Shown here: positions 21,918-34,019 of the stretch, one piece after another
Numbering within the stretch: the stretch's first letter is position 1
Layout of the letters: each line of letters begins with the position of its first letter
Assembly: GCA_054600435.1 (NCBI GenBank)
Contig: BAAIJX010000015.1
Span: forward strand, 62,001 to 126,000
Length of the DNA stretch: 64,000 nucleotides
Source: Neophaeotheca triangularis
Lineage: Eukaryota
Direction of reading: 5' to 3'
The notes under the pieces: model-generated
Seen by the model: the letters and a program-made list of their open reading frames with translations, nothing else
The model's database searches: none
Told to the model about the DNA's origin: nothing
Translations under genes and position numbers: made by a program

Positions 21918-24121
21918 ATGACGGCAGCCACGGCGAACAAGCGCTCCGCCAGCATGCCGCACAACTCGGAGAAGCGCACCCCCTCTGGCCTTGCGCTCAA
22001 CACCACCAGCACCAACAAACAGACCAACAACACCACCGGACAGAGAATCAAAAATTTCTTTCGAATCAACAGTCTACACAAGGATGGCATACCCGGCGGC
22101 GAGAGTGGAGGTCTCGCCGGCTCCAAAGACGGCACCCAAGAGGGTGCCCGCACCCCACAATCTCAAACCAACCAAAAGTCCAGCTTACGGAACAGTCGCT
22201 TCATGCCACATATCGGAAGGGCTCGAAGTCAAACTGTAGCCTCAGAAGGTAACATGCTGGACGAAGGCATATCCCCCGTCGCACAAGCCAACCCGTACTT
22301 CCAACACCAAGGTCCACCGATGGTGCGGCACCACAACGAGGGCAGCGTACCACCGTCACCGCCAGATACCCCGCGAACACTCAAAATGCCCAGTAATGCC
22401 AACGGCAACAGCGGTGCAAATGATGCGCAAGCAAGCGCGGGCAGGGAAGAGCTGGCTAGAAAGTTAAGAAGAGTTGCAAGTGCACCGAATGCACAAGGCC
22501 TTTTCACTCTCAAATCCAACGAGAAGGGCAGTGGCAGCTCAGATAGCAGACCTGCAACAGCCGAGACCGATCCCATGCCACCGAAACCGAACGGAGTTGG
22601 CTCGCATAGCAACGGCAGCGCGCTTTCCATGGTCGAGACTTTGCCAGCGAATGGCAATCTGGTACCCGTGCCCGATATAAAGGGCCCCATCACTCCAGGT
22701 AAATTACGGCAAAGCATCGCTTTCAGACGGACGTACAGCAGCAATAGTATCAAGGTACGGAACGTGGAGGTTGGTCCCGGCAGCTTCGACAAGATCAAAT
22801 TGATTGGCAAGGGCGATGTTGGCAAAGTGTATCTTGTGAGGGAGAAGAAGAGCAGCAGATTATATGCCATGAAAGGTAGGATATTGATCAGAGAGTTGCG
22901 GAAGGAAGGGTTTACTGACAATCAGCAGTCTTGTCCAAGAAAGAGATGATCAAGCGCAACAAGATCAAGCGTGCATTGGCTGAGCAAGAAATTCTGGCTA
23001 CTTCAAATCACCCATTCATCGTCACACTCTATCATTCGTTCCAGTCGGACGACCATCTGTATCTCTGCATGGAGTACTGCTCCGGTGGCGAGTTCTTCAG
23101 AGCACTACAAACCAGGCCTAACAAATGTGTCGACGAGGACGCGGCGCGTTTTTATGCTGCTGAAGTAACGGCTGCCCTTGAGTACCTGCATTTGATGGGC
23201 TTCATCTACAGAGACTTGAAGCCAGAGAGTACGTAGCTGCAGCTTCCTATCACTCGTATAACGATCTGCTGACGTATTACAGACATACTACTGCATCAAT
23301 CTGGCCACATAATGTTGTCAGACTTTGACCTTTCCAAGCAGTCTGACCCCGGCGGTGTCCCTGCGATGATTCTGGGCTCCTCTTCTCGATCAGGCATCAC
23401 CAGCAACACCTCAAACCCGGCTAACCTGCCTACTATCGACACCAAATCCTGCATCAACAACTTCCGTACAAACTCATTCGTCGGTACTGAAGAATACATT
23501 GCACCCGAGGTTATCAAGGGTTGCGGTCACACAAGCGCCGTAGATTGGTGGACCCTCGGCATTCTGATTTACGAAATGCTCTTTGGCACCACACCGTTCA
23601 AAGGCAAAAACCGCAACGCTACCTTTGCGAACATACTGCGAGACGAAGTGCCCTTCCCCGAAGGCAACGGCCAGCCTAACGTCTCGAATCTTTGCAAATC
23701 GCTCATCCGGAAATTGCTCATCAAAGACGAACTACGCCGTCTCGGCTCCCGCGCCGGTGCTTCGGACGTCAAGACCCACCCCTTCTTCAAAAACACTTCT
23801 TGGGCGCTGCTACGACATGCTAAACCACCGATCATCCCGCACCAAGGCCGTGGCATCGACACCGTAAATTTCAGAAACGTCAAGGAATCACAATCCGTCG
23901 ATCTCGGCAGCGGTACTGGCGCTGGGGTAAACAAGGGTTTCAACATGCCCGCTAGCAATATGAAGGGTGTGCCACTGGATTCGGGGCTTGCGACGCCCGG
24001 GGGTGAAATTGCGGATCCTTTTGAGGAGTTCAACAGCGTGACGTTGCATCATGATGGGGATGATTTGCACACGGGTGGCGGTCCTGCGCCAGCGGTCCAG
24101 GATGCACAGCCTGGGCGGTAG
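21918..24121 (+). CDS. nrc-2: AGC-family Ser/Thr kinase, Nrc-2/Fpk1/Kin82 type, 3 exons
   Basis: [77 protein letters not shown]. Confidence 0.92.
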
Positions 24122-24685
24122 TTTCGGGGGTTGACTCGTTGAAGGAGGGATTTTTCGAGACGGGTTGGAGATTAGGTTTGCTTGGTGTGGAGGTGGTAGT
24201 GAGCCTTGCTGTACATGTGCACCTACATGGCGTTTTGGGAGCGCGCGCGAAAGTGTCGCCGGCACTCTCTCCAATTGCTTTGGGGGTTTGGGGAGGCATT
24301 GATGGGAGGCTTGGAGAGCGAAAGGGGTAGCTCGTTGGTTGCATGAGACTTGGCACCATGCCTCCCTTATTTTTACGACGTACGAAACTTCGCTGTTTGC
24401 CTTTTGCCTTCCTTTGAATATACTCCTAGTGTTTTCACTTTCTTCTCATGGTCTTTACACATTTCTTCCATCCCTCCAGGATCCCGTGCCTCGACACTCA
24501 CATCTCCTCGAAAGGTCGTTCTTGGCGTTAGCGCAAGAAGGCACGTGCTATCGCGTCCTTATCGTGACTTTCGACTTCACATCAAGCCCTACTAGACAAC
24601 ACCACAACTAAACATCGGCTTGCTGTCGTCGGAGGGCGAAAGAAAGGAGAAGGGGTGACAAGTCCCCCGGGCGCAATACACCACA

Positions 24686-25894
24686 ATGAACGCCGTGGAC
24701 GCCACCAATCGTAGCGGGGCACAGGAAGATGCGGAACCCCCCTCGCTCCTCACTATCATCCTCGACACCAACCCGCACGCTTGGGCCCTCATTGGAGACT
24801 CACTTCCGTTCTCGAAAGCCATTGCGAACCTGCTGGTCTTTATAAATGCCCATCTGGCCGTCAACTACGCCAACCGGATTGCCGTGCTGGCCAGTCACTC
24901 AGAGCGAGCGGAATGGCTGTATCCCACTCCCGCAAGCGCTCAAAGAACAGCCAAGAGCCAGCGTGCAAACGGACAAAACGGCCACAACGACGGAGATGAG
25001 GAAATGGGCAACAGCGAGGACACATCAGGCCAACCAACCCCCCGCGACGACGCGAACAAATACCGCCCCTTCGCACACGTCGAGCACGCCCTAACCACTA
25101 ACCTCCGGCAACTGCTGCAAACTACCAGTCCCGCAGACCTCCAAACCACCCCATCCACAATGATGGCCGGCGCCCTAACCCTAGCCTTAACCCACATAGC
25201 CAAACAAACCGTCTCCACCAGCTCCACCTCCACCAGCTCAGCGCAATTCAACTACTCCGACCCCTCCGCGGCCTCGGCAGGCGGCAACGACGCTTCGGCA
25301 GCAAGCTCCTCCACCTCCCGCGCAAACCTCGCCCTCACCTCCCGCATCCTCGTGCTCTCCGTCAGCGGCGACCTCGCAACCCAGTACATACCAATCATGA
25401 ACGCCATCTTCGCCTGCCAGCGTCTCTCCATCCCCATCGACATCCTCAAACTTTCCGGCGACACCGTCTTCCTGCAACAAGCCGCCGACGCCTCGGGCGG
25501 CATCTACATGCCCGTCACCACTCCCACCGCTCACGCGGGATTATTGCAATACTTAATGTTCGCCTACCTCCCCGACCAAACTGCGCGTCGCCACCTCATC
25601 ACCGCTGGCGAAGGCGAGGGCGTGGATTTTCGCGCCGCGTGCTTTTGCCACCGCAGGGTCGTCGATATCGGGTATGTATGTTCGATTTGTTTGAGTATTT
25701 TCTGCGAAACGCTGCCGGAGGATACGTGTTTGACTTGTGGGAGTGTGTTGAGCGTGGGGGTTTTTGGGAGGAGGCCGGTGGTTGTGCAGAAGGCTCGAAG
25801 GAAGAAGAAGAAGAGGGTAGGGGAGGCGGGAGAGGGGGGGACGCCCGCGCCTGGGAGTGGGGTTGCGAGTGGGAGTGGGACGCCGGCCGGGTGA
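24686..25894 (+). CDS. TFB4: TFIIH core subunit Tfb4 (p34)
   Basis: PSLLTIILDTNP, FINAHLA, QYIPIMNAIF, FLQQAAD, VDFRAACFCH...GYVCSICLSIFC...CLTC. Confidence 0.95.
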   Translation: MNAVDATNRSGAQEDAEPPSLLTIILDTNPHAWALIGDSLPFSKAIANLLVFINAHLAVNYANRIAVLASHSERAEWLYPTPASAQRTAKSQRANGQNGHNDGDEEMGNSEDTSGQPTPRDDANKYRPFAHVEHALTTNLRQLLQTTSPADLQTTPSTMMAGALTLALTHIAKQTVSTSSTSTSSAQFNYSDPSAASAGGNDASAASSSTSRANLALTSRILVLSVSGDLATQYIPIMNAIFACQRLSIPIDILKLSGDTVFLQQAADASGGIYMPVTTPTAHAGLLQYLMFAYLPDQTARRHLITAGEGEGVDFRAACFCHRRVVDIGYVCSICLSIFCETLPEDTCLTCGSVLSVGVFGRRPVVVQKARRKKKKRVGEAGEGGTPAPGSGVASGSGTPAG

Positions 25895-26614
25895 GCGACA
25901 AAATCCAGAGAGGTTATGTTGGTCGGGGTGGGCATAAGGTGCAGTAAGCAATGGGGTGTGACTTGAGGCAAAGAGCCTGATGTGCTAGCTCGCCTCTGCT
26001 GGTCTTGGCTAGTGCAAGCCCCACGAGAGATGTGGCCATACCTTAAACAGGGCGAAGTCGCGATGGCTTTGTGGTCTTAGCCGGTGGACGCTCTCGTCGC
26101 CGGGAGACAGAAGGCTCGCCATCGCCTTGATCTTGCTGCAATAATCAAGCGGCAACGTTTGAGGCGCTCAGACTCAGGCCCACAACACGATGGGTACGTT
26201 AGCGAGAGGCGCCAATAGCTCGAATGCCGGCGCTGCGACAGCAGCGACACCGGAAGGTAATTTTCAGGCATCGGACTGCCGGAGGAAGCAGAGCGTAGGA
26301 GGCTGGTTGGTACCTGGTGGAATCAGATCGGATAGCAGAGACGTGAGTTCGAGAGTTTTGAGAGCTAGGTAGATGAGTAAAAAAAGTGGTTTTGAGCAAG
26401 CATTCACTGTCACTTCCACGACGACTGTTGGCAGAAACCTAGCAACGTGAGCAGCTCCCCATCGAAAACCACGCCTTCAGCTTCCCGTCTCATGCCAGGG
26501 CGTAAGCAAAATCATCTTTCAGCCGTGGCACACCGCGCCCTGTGCCTCTCAAATCTTCCAGCGGACTGCACGCTCCGGCATGCCAAAGCTCTGAAAACAG
26601 CGGCGATGGGTATC

Positions 26615-27517
26615 TCAACGGACTCCAACGAACTGGAGCGAGAAATCACCCGTGGCCTTTTGGACGCGCCGTAGTATGTCCGCAAATACATCCTCTTTCC
26701 ACTCCTTGTCGACATCCCCTTCAGCGTAGTCGAGTAGATTTGTAGGGCTCTTGCAAAAATGTTGAAGGTCCGGTGCCGAAATCACCGTGTCTGAAAGGCT
26801 GTTAGGCTCAGAACCCAACACGTTGACATCCATCCGTACTTTGCTCCAGCTAAGTCCGGCCTTCTTGCATGATTCATGCCAGAGTATCAGTTCCTTGAAC
26901 GTTGCGTTTACGTCTGTCCCGTGGCTCTCGAACCGAAGAACGCAGTTGGAGACCCAGATTGGCCTCAGTGGGAAGCTGATCTTTCCCATCATGGCGAATG
27001 AAACAGTAGGCGGGAGCGTGGTGCTCAAGTCGATCAAGTTGGCCCTCAAAGCCTTTGCCCACGTACTCGGAATCATCCGTTGTTCATGGTACAGCAAGGT
27101 CCGCGACCGTGCCCAGTAAACTTGACGCGATTCACGCCCAACACTCGTAGAAACACGACGAAGTGGATTGTAAGATAGCGCTAGGCCGTTCATCGATGTT
27201 CGAAAGATGATCTGCCTGGCTGTCGTTTGGACATCTGAAAGCTCAGGAACATGGAACAGACGCTTCCTATCTAAATCTGTTGAACGGGCCAGATAGTAGA
27301 AATTGTAAATCATGGTCCGCAGTTCGAAGGGCAGGTCATAGAAGCTGGGCTTGTCTTTGTCGCTAGCTTCAGGATCACGCGGAAGAGGATGGCTCAGGTC
27401 TGTTTCGCGCGATCAGTATACAGTGCATGACCTGGCCGGTATTGACTCAGACGAACACTGAAGCCCCGAGTACCACTCATATTGGGTAAATCTTTGTCCG
27501 AATTTGGTGAAGTACAT
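26615..27517 (-). CDS. Hypothetical protein with N-terminal F-box-like motif (probable intron 27456-27400)
   Basis: SFYDLPFELRTMIYNFY motif, then LRRVSTSVGRESRQVYW; open frame to 26615; first exon tentative. Confidence 0.6.
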
Positions 27518-27989
27518 TGTGTTTCGAGTGTAGCAGGGCTACTCTGCCGTCATTGAAGCATTACTGCAGCTGCGATTCGAGTCGAGTCTCCTCGTGGATG
27601 GAGAGAATTGCAAGAGGATGGTGAGAGGATGGTAAGAGGATGGTGATGTTGAAGTTTGCAAAGTACAAGTAGGGTCGGAAAGCGCGTTAGCTTGGAACAC
27701 GTGAGACAGGCACCCATCCCAAGCGAATGTCTCGCGCTTCCACGTGACTTTGGAAAGCGCACCGAGTGAAACACGATCTCGAATAACCATTTGACAGAGT
27801 GGAGAAGACGAACGACGAGACTGGACTACTTTCAATAGCTTCAGGCAATACTTACTCTGCTTTGCATGTAGTGCATGCGTGCTCTCGGCTTGGTCCATCG
27901 AGCGCCCATTATCAGGACCGCTAACGACCGCAGCCCTACAGGTGCTCGGACATGCCAACCCTTTACTTGGAGACCAAGAAGGCTCAACG

Positions 27990-28860
27990 AGACACCTCCG
28001 TCCAGCCGAACATGACGGTGGAACAAATTCCCCCCAATCGCCATCCTGCCGCACTTCTCGACCTACTTGAAATACGCCTTCTTCCACTCGCAATACCCCC
28101 TTCCCCTCATCTCTTGGGCACAAAGTTGGAGTTTCTCGAAGGTGTCGAAGATCCAGAACTGTCAAGCAAGTATGACCCGAATACATGTCCTCTTGCGCGG
28201 TACCGCCCGATTTGCTGAAGGCCAGGCAAAACTGCACTTTGCTCCACTTTAGAGCACTACGGTGGCAGGCGCGGTACCAAAGTAACAGGTCTTTGATATT
28301 GTCGGCAAAAAGTCCATAGGGTTGGTACATGTGACCTAAGAAGTAAGGAAAGGGGAAGCAAACGTCTCCGAGCATTGCGGGTAAGATCCAGTCTGGCAAG
28401 GTAGCGGCCAGATCTAGCATGAGGCGCAACTCGCTTGTTGGCTGATAAACGTATCCAGCCTTGGAAATTCATACCGTTAGTCATGGAAGGAACTCGTCTA
28501 CGTCGTCTCCGGTTGCGCATGACAACCTGAAGATGAATCGGCTTGGTTGCAAACGACACTTCCCTAGCCTCGCAGCTGATCAGGGGAGAGACACGGCAGA
28601 TCGCGTCATTCGCCAGATCTGTGAAGTTCTCGCGTTTTGTTTCCAATTCCGCAGGCGAGTATGGATAGCCAGCTTGAGTGGTCTCGGCGCTGCGATAGGT
28701 GTTTCAAGTGAATGCATTCGCGGGCGGATTGATATTCATAAACCTGGATTAAGATCTCTGGCGGAATAACGTAGAAGGTCATCCATATGCGTTTCTCGTT
28801 GGCAGGCACGCTCTTCTGGGAGGCGTGGTCTTCGACCTGGGATGAGCTCTGCATTACATG
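27990..28860 (-). pseudogene. Frameshifted tandem paralog of the 26615-27517 F-box-like gene
   Basis: Homologous blocks spread over three frames: TFYVIPPEILIQVY, AICRVSPLISCEAREVSF, TLPDWILPAMLGDVCFP, DLLLWYRACHRSALKWSKV, DLRHLRETP. Confidence 0.7.
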
Positions 28861-29236
28861 CGTGGAAACTGCTCAATTCAAGGCCAATTCTTGATGGGAA
28901 TAGGTTGTGTTCATGTTTGAGCCATGATGAAGACAATAATGCATCTGTCTGCGTGATGGATAATGATACCCATAGATGTCTGACAGCCGCGAGGTACGGG
29001 TGATGAAAAGAGAATAGAGCTGGCGCAAGAGGGAGTACCAGTATGTGTGGGGATCACAAAGCCTGCACGTGAGTTCGCGAGAGCTCTTGGCAAAGACTGA
29101 AGCTTCGACCTCACTTCTGCTTCGCGGCTTTGGAGACCTTTAAACTCACTACTCCCTGCGCACAACTCTTTCCACACCTCACAAACAGCAAACCCACATC
29201 TCTCACATCACAAAAAGACACACCAACGCGACAAAC

Positions 29237-29718
29237 ATGTCGGTAAGCGGTGAACCCCGTGCACCCACCCCAGACCAGCAGGTCGCCGATTCGGCGCCTG
29301 CTTCTGGAGATTCGGGCAAAATGCTCACAACTGCTCCCTTCCAGGGTGTCGCACCTACCAACCCCAAGCCTTTTGTCGCGAGCCTTGTCGGCAAAGACGT
29401 CCGCGTGCGCCTAAAGTGGAGCCAGCCCAGCGAGTACATCGGGAAGCTGGTCGCAGTCGATTCCTACATGAACCTTCAGCTCAGTGGATGCAAGGAGATC
29501 CAGGGCGACAGCGAGCCAGGCTACTTGGGGACCGTTCTGATCAGGTACGTCGCACGCTATTGGGGATATCTATGTGGAGATCTGCAATGGGAGTGGAAAG
29601 TGAACGGAGGAGATCATATGCTAATGCGCAATCTCACAGGTGCAACAACGTGCTCTGGCTCGGTGCCGACATCCACAAGACCGGCCAGACCAACGGCGAC
29701 ACCGCAATGAACGGTTGA
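29237..29718 (+). CDS. SMX3: Spliceosomal snRNP core protein SmF (introns 29243-29344, 29545-29639)
   Basis: PTNPKPF...VRVRLKW..EY.GKLVAVDSYMNLQL...LGTVLIRCNNVLW, the SmF Sm1/Sm2 pattern. Confidence 0.9.
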
Positions 29719-31699
29719 GAGGGTGGACGACAAAACATGGACACCGGCGCAAAAGGCTAGCATGGGTGTGGTTTGCTCGCGCAAAGCTATGCCTCTCGAA
29801 TCATTGATGAGGCTGCTCGAATTTTGAGGAGGAAAGATACCAGCACGGCGTTGCACGGCGTTGAGCAGAGAAGGCCTTCGGCATTCGAGGTTGAACCATG
29901 GGAGTTTGCGGCTTGAGGTCAGTAGATCCACAATGTAAACTTTCGTCCACTTGCAAGTTGACTGAGCATGGAATTATTTGCGCAGCTCGTGAATTTTGGG
30001 AAATGATGCGAGATGCTTGCATGACCACTGTCTTGTTGCCGAGTGAAGTGATGGAAGGCCGAGGAGTGAAGGAATGGCAGGCGGAGGGTTAGCTACATGC
30101 GCACATCACCACGTCAAGGGACCGCCTCCAGAGGAAGACTCTACCTTATAGTCAGTCAAAAAGGGCTGAAGTGAAAATAAAAGCCACACTGCCATCGCTG
30201 CGAGTCTCGAACTTGCGACCTTCCGAGGCGACACCCTCAAGGCTACGTCAAAAATGCAAAAAAGAATACCAGGCCGTTCACTTCTCCAGCCCCCGAGAAC
30301 CGACCACACTATGAAAGTATGGCACTACCCCTATCCCACTGCAGCCCCAAGGCTGAGCGTCTCAGTAATACCGGTTGGAGAAGCGACGCCTAGGTATCTT
30401 CACTGTTCGATGAAAGAGCCTTACGAAAAGCACCACCACTAGACCACTGGGCGTCTAGGGTGAGGGGCGTCCGGGAATTGTCAAATATATAGTCTTGGTA
30501 ATTGTGGCGGTGGGAGAGGTTAGATGCCTCAGGCGGACGGTAAGGCTTGCGTGAGAATGCTGACATGAGCAGGGCAACGCCTTGCGATCCATTGACGAGC
30601 AATCTCTCGACTTTCTCCTCAACAACTAGACGTCCGCGAGCCAGACGGTTATCTCATACGTTCTTTTTCGCGAACTATCGGCGATTTTGCAGCGTTTTTC
30701 CGCAGACTGCCCCTTAATGCAGGCCGTGGCAGTTCGGATCTCCTACGTTCACTCTTCACGGTTCCACTGCATCAATTGATCTATCCGTTCTGAACCATCT
30801 CGAGAAATAGCCACACAGGCTACAGTCAAGCCAGGAATTCCCTCTTACCTTTTGAAGGCGAGCGCAGTCTACCATCACATTGCCGCTGCTCCGCGACATT
30901 CAGAGGAGAGACCGATAACATAGCTCATTGGCTCTGCAAAACCCACGCTAGTAAATGGACGTTTTTCGAGTTTTGAACAAGAGACGCACCTCGTTTTTGG
31001 AGAAACTCGCCGGGATACTTTGGCCAACAAGATTCGCCGGGGAGGTCACTGTCTGGGCTCTTGCGATTCCTCGCAGCTCTTGGATTTGTCCCCGGCGACT
31101 TTTGCTGGGGCTTTATGGGCAGAAAAAGGGGCTTCGATGCTCTGGCTGCAAGTTTCTTGAGACTTTTACAGACTGTCTCTGCTCCATCGCGGAGTCTAGA
31201 GCAGCCAGGGGCGCCGTTCTGGAATTTCACGACCACACGAGAGCATTCAGACTGTCGAAAACCGTTGGCGATGGGCTGAGACTGCGTCGCTTCAAGCGTT
31301 CATTCGAACACGTCTGTATCTTGAGCAAAAAATCTGCTAGAAAGCTATTGAGATCGAGTATACTTTATTGACTCTGCGCTCGTTCGAGATTATCCACACC
31401 GCATCGATCCTTGAGGAATGTCTTCGGTGGCTGTGAAATCACTGTCAAGGCCACAACTATATCATAACTTTGACTCTCAAGCGAATGGAGCATTTCATGT
31501 AGCAGTGGTTCAATCGTCACTTTGAGGCCGTAGAGAACGAGACTACGAACATTATTTACACAGTATGCAGAGCATTTCTCGGCCTTGTTCGCTACTTGAT
31601 ATCCGCGCAGTCAATGCGTGGCTTCACTGAGGGGCAACATTTTTAGCTTCACACCGCCTGTTTCTGCCCAAACACACATGAGGGGCGCGCCAAATGGCT

Positions 31700-31706
31700 T
31701 GACTCA
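31700..31706 (+). promoter_or_regulatory. CpcA/Gcn4 response element TGACTCA upstream of ProRS
   Basis: Exact TGACTCA about 145 bp upstream of the ATG; TGACTC cores also at 31369 and 31471. Confidence 0.55.
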
Positions 31707-31849
31707 GAACAGCGACATTGAGCTTCTGATCCTTCGAAATAATTTCCTAGACTCGCGACTAAAGGCCATACACACGAATATACCTTCTGCGCGACTCGAA
31801 CCGTACCAGCTTTGGGCTCAAAAAGTCTCGACTCTCCTTGAAACAAGGC

Positions 31850-33601
31850 ATGGCTGACAACAGCAACATTGAAAACAAGATGGAGGACTTGAACGTGACC
31901 AAACCCTCAACCTCGGAGTCGGCAGCTCCCCACGAGAAGCCGCAGAAGCAAGACAAGGAGCGTAAGGAGCAAAAGTCCTCGCAAAAGTCTGCCAAACCAC
32001 CAAAAGACAAGCCCTCGCAGCAACAAGGGCAGGGCAAGAAGGCCAAGGGCGGTGAACCAGAACTCGTCGGTATCACTTGCAAGAAGAGCGAGGATCTCTC
32101 AGAATGGTACCAGCAAGTTATCACCAAGGGCGACATGCTCGACTTCACCGACGTGCCGGGTTGCTACATCTACCAGCCAGCCAGTTATGCTATCTGGGAG
32201 GCGATCCAGGACTACTTCAACAAGCGCATCAGGAAGATGAAGGTCAAGAACTGCTACTTCCCGCTCTTCATCACTGAGGCCAACTTGCAGAGAGAGAAGG
32301 ATCACATTGAGGGCTTCGCGGCGGAAGTTGCTTGGGTTACTGAGGGTGGGAAGAACAAGTTGGAGAAGAAGCTGGCCGTTCGGCCGACGAGTGAGACGGC
32401 CATGTACAGCTTCTATTCGAAGAAGATCAGGAGTCACAGGGATTTGCCGTTGAAGATGAACCAGTGGAACAATGTTGTGAGATGGGAGTTCAAGCACCCT
32501 ATGCCATTCCTGCGATCGCGGGAGTTCTTGTGGCAGGAAGGGCACACGGCGCACTTGACTGAGGAGGACGCAAGCAAAGAAGTCTTCCAGATTCTGGACT
32601 ACTACGCGGCGATCTACGAAGACCTCCTTGCTGTGCCGGTTGTCAAGGGAGTAAAGACCAAGAACGAACAATTCCCGGGCGCGCACTACACCACCACTAT
32701 CGAAGGCTTCATCCCGTCAGTCGGTCGCGGCATTCAAGCCGCTACCTCTCACTGCCTGGGCCAGCACTTTGCCAAGATGTTCGACATTACTGTTGAGGAC
32801 CCGAACCAAAAGGTCGCTGAGGGTGAGAAGCGCGACAAGCTTCACGTCTGGCAGAACAGCTGGGGTTTCACTACCCGCAGTATTGGTGTCATGGTGCTCA
32901 TCCACGGTGATGACAAAGGCCTCATCACCCCGCCCAGAGTGGCGGACGTGCAAGTTGTCATTGTCCCAGTCGGCATCACAGCAAAGACTACCGAAGAGGA
33001 CCGCGCGAAACTCTACGACGAAGTCTCAGCCTTGGGTGCAGTCCTCGAGGACGCAGATGTGCGTGTCGAGTGCGACTTCCGCGATGGCTACAGCCCTGGC
33101 TGGAAGTTTAACGACTGGGAGATGAAGGGTGTGCCTCTGCGTCTCGAGTTCGGACCGAAAGACAGCGCCAACCACGTCGTCACTACTTCTCGTCGCGATG
33201 GCATCGGTGGAAAGAGCACGATCCCGATCTCAGACCTCGGCACCGATGTCCCACAACTTCTCGAAACCATCCAAGCAGACATGTTCCGCAAGGCGCAGCA
33301 AGAGTACGCAGACCACCGCAAGATTGTGCGCGAATGGAAGGATTTTGTCCCAACTCTCAACGACAAGAACGTCATCCTTGTGCCACACTGTTTGGGAGGC
33401 GACTGTGAGGACGAGATCAAGAAGGACTCCTCGGGTCAGGTTGAAGGCCAGGAGGTCGATGTTCGCGCGCCCAGCATGGGCGCAAAGAGCTTGTGTATCC
33501 CTGCTAGCCAGCCAGAGGATATCGCCGAGGGGACCAAGTGTGTGAACCCGAAGTGTGGACAGAACGCGCAGAAGTGGGTCATGTTTGGACGAAGCTACTA
33601 A
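31850..33601 (+). CDS. Cytoplasmic prolyl-tRNA synthetase (eukaryote/archaeal type)
   Basis: EKDHIEGFAAEVAWVT, VRPTSET, VRWEFK..PFLRSREFLWQEGHT, QAATSHCLGQ, WQNSWG, GAKSLCIP, ends FGRSY. Confidence 0.97.
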   Translation: MADNSNIENKMEDLNVTKPSTSESAAPHEKPQKQDKERKEQKSSQKSAKPPKDKPSQQQGQGKKAKGGEPELVGITCKKSEDLSEWYQQVITKGDMLDFTDVPGCYIYQPASYAIWEAIQDYFNKRIRKMKVKNCYFPLFITEANLQREKDHIEGFAAEVAWVTEGGKNKLEKKLAVRPTSETAMYSFYSKKIRSHRDLPLKMNQWNNVVRWEFKHPMPFLRSREFLWQEGHTAHLTEEDASKEVFQILDYYAAIYEDLLAVPVVKGVKTKNEQFPGAHYTTTIEGFIPSVGRGIQAATSHCLGQHFAKMFDITVEDPNQKVAEGEKRDKLHVWQNSWGFTTRSIGVMVLIHGDDKGLITPPRVADVQVVIVPVGITAKTTEEDRAKLYDEVSALGAVLEDADVRVECDFRDGYSPGWKFNDWEMKGVPLRLEFGPKDSANHVVTTSRRDGIGGKSTIPISDLGTDVPQLLETIQADMFRKAQQEYADHRKIVREWKDFVPTLNDKNVILVPHCLGGDCEDEIKKDSSGQVEGQEVDVRAPSMGAKSLCIPASQPEDIAEGTKCVNPKCGQNAQKWVMFGRSY

Positions 33602-34019
33602 GCTTTTTCTTCTGGGTGATGAGGAAGTATTCGATTAGCGGGCGTTGTGGGAGAAAAGGGCGAAAGCTGCATGCACGAGGGCGATGAAGTGATAAGGGCG
33701 AAATGAACGAATGCAGAACGGTTTGAGCGTGGGAGTATCATTACTGAAAGCTAGAGGCGTGGGAGCTTTTGGCCAGGCGGCAGACCGTAGCTATTGCGTT
33801 AGTGTGCTTTGTACTTCGGTTTGAAATTGATCAAGACCCCCCTCATCAACTCTACATTGATTTTCTCAAACCTGAAGGGAGTCGGTATGCTTGGCTAATG
33901 TCATACTGCACCCTTGACCGTACTGCAGGACCCCCCACGACTCAAGTGGGGCGACCCCCAAACACACCTTACACAATGCCCAAGTGTACTCTTCCTCAAG
34001 ACAGAGAGCTCAAGACAGT

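Noticed and set aside
30100..31400. ORFs of 60-138 aa upstream of ProRS, with one intron-like signal on the - strand
   Set aside because: No recognisable domain or transposon hallmark (no TIR, LTR or transposase motif); cannot be called
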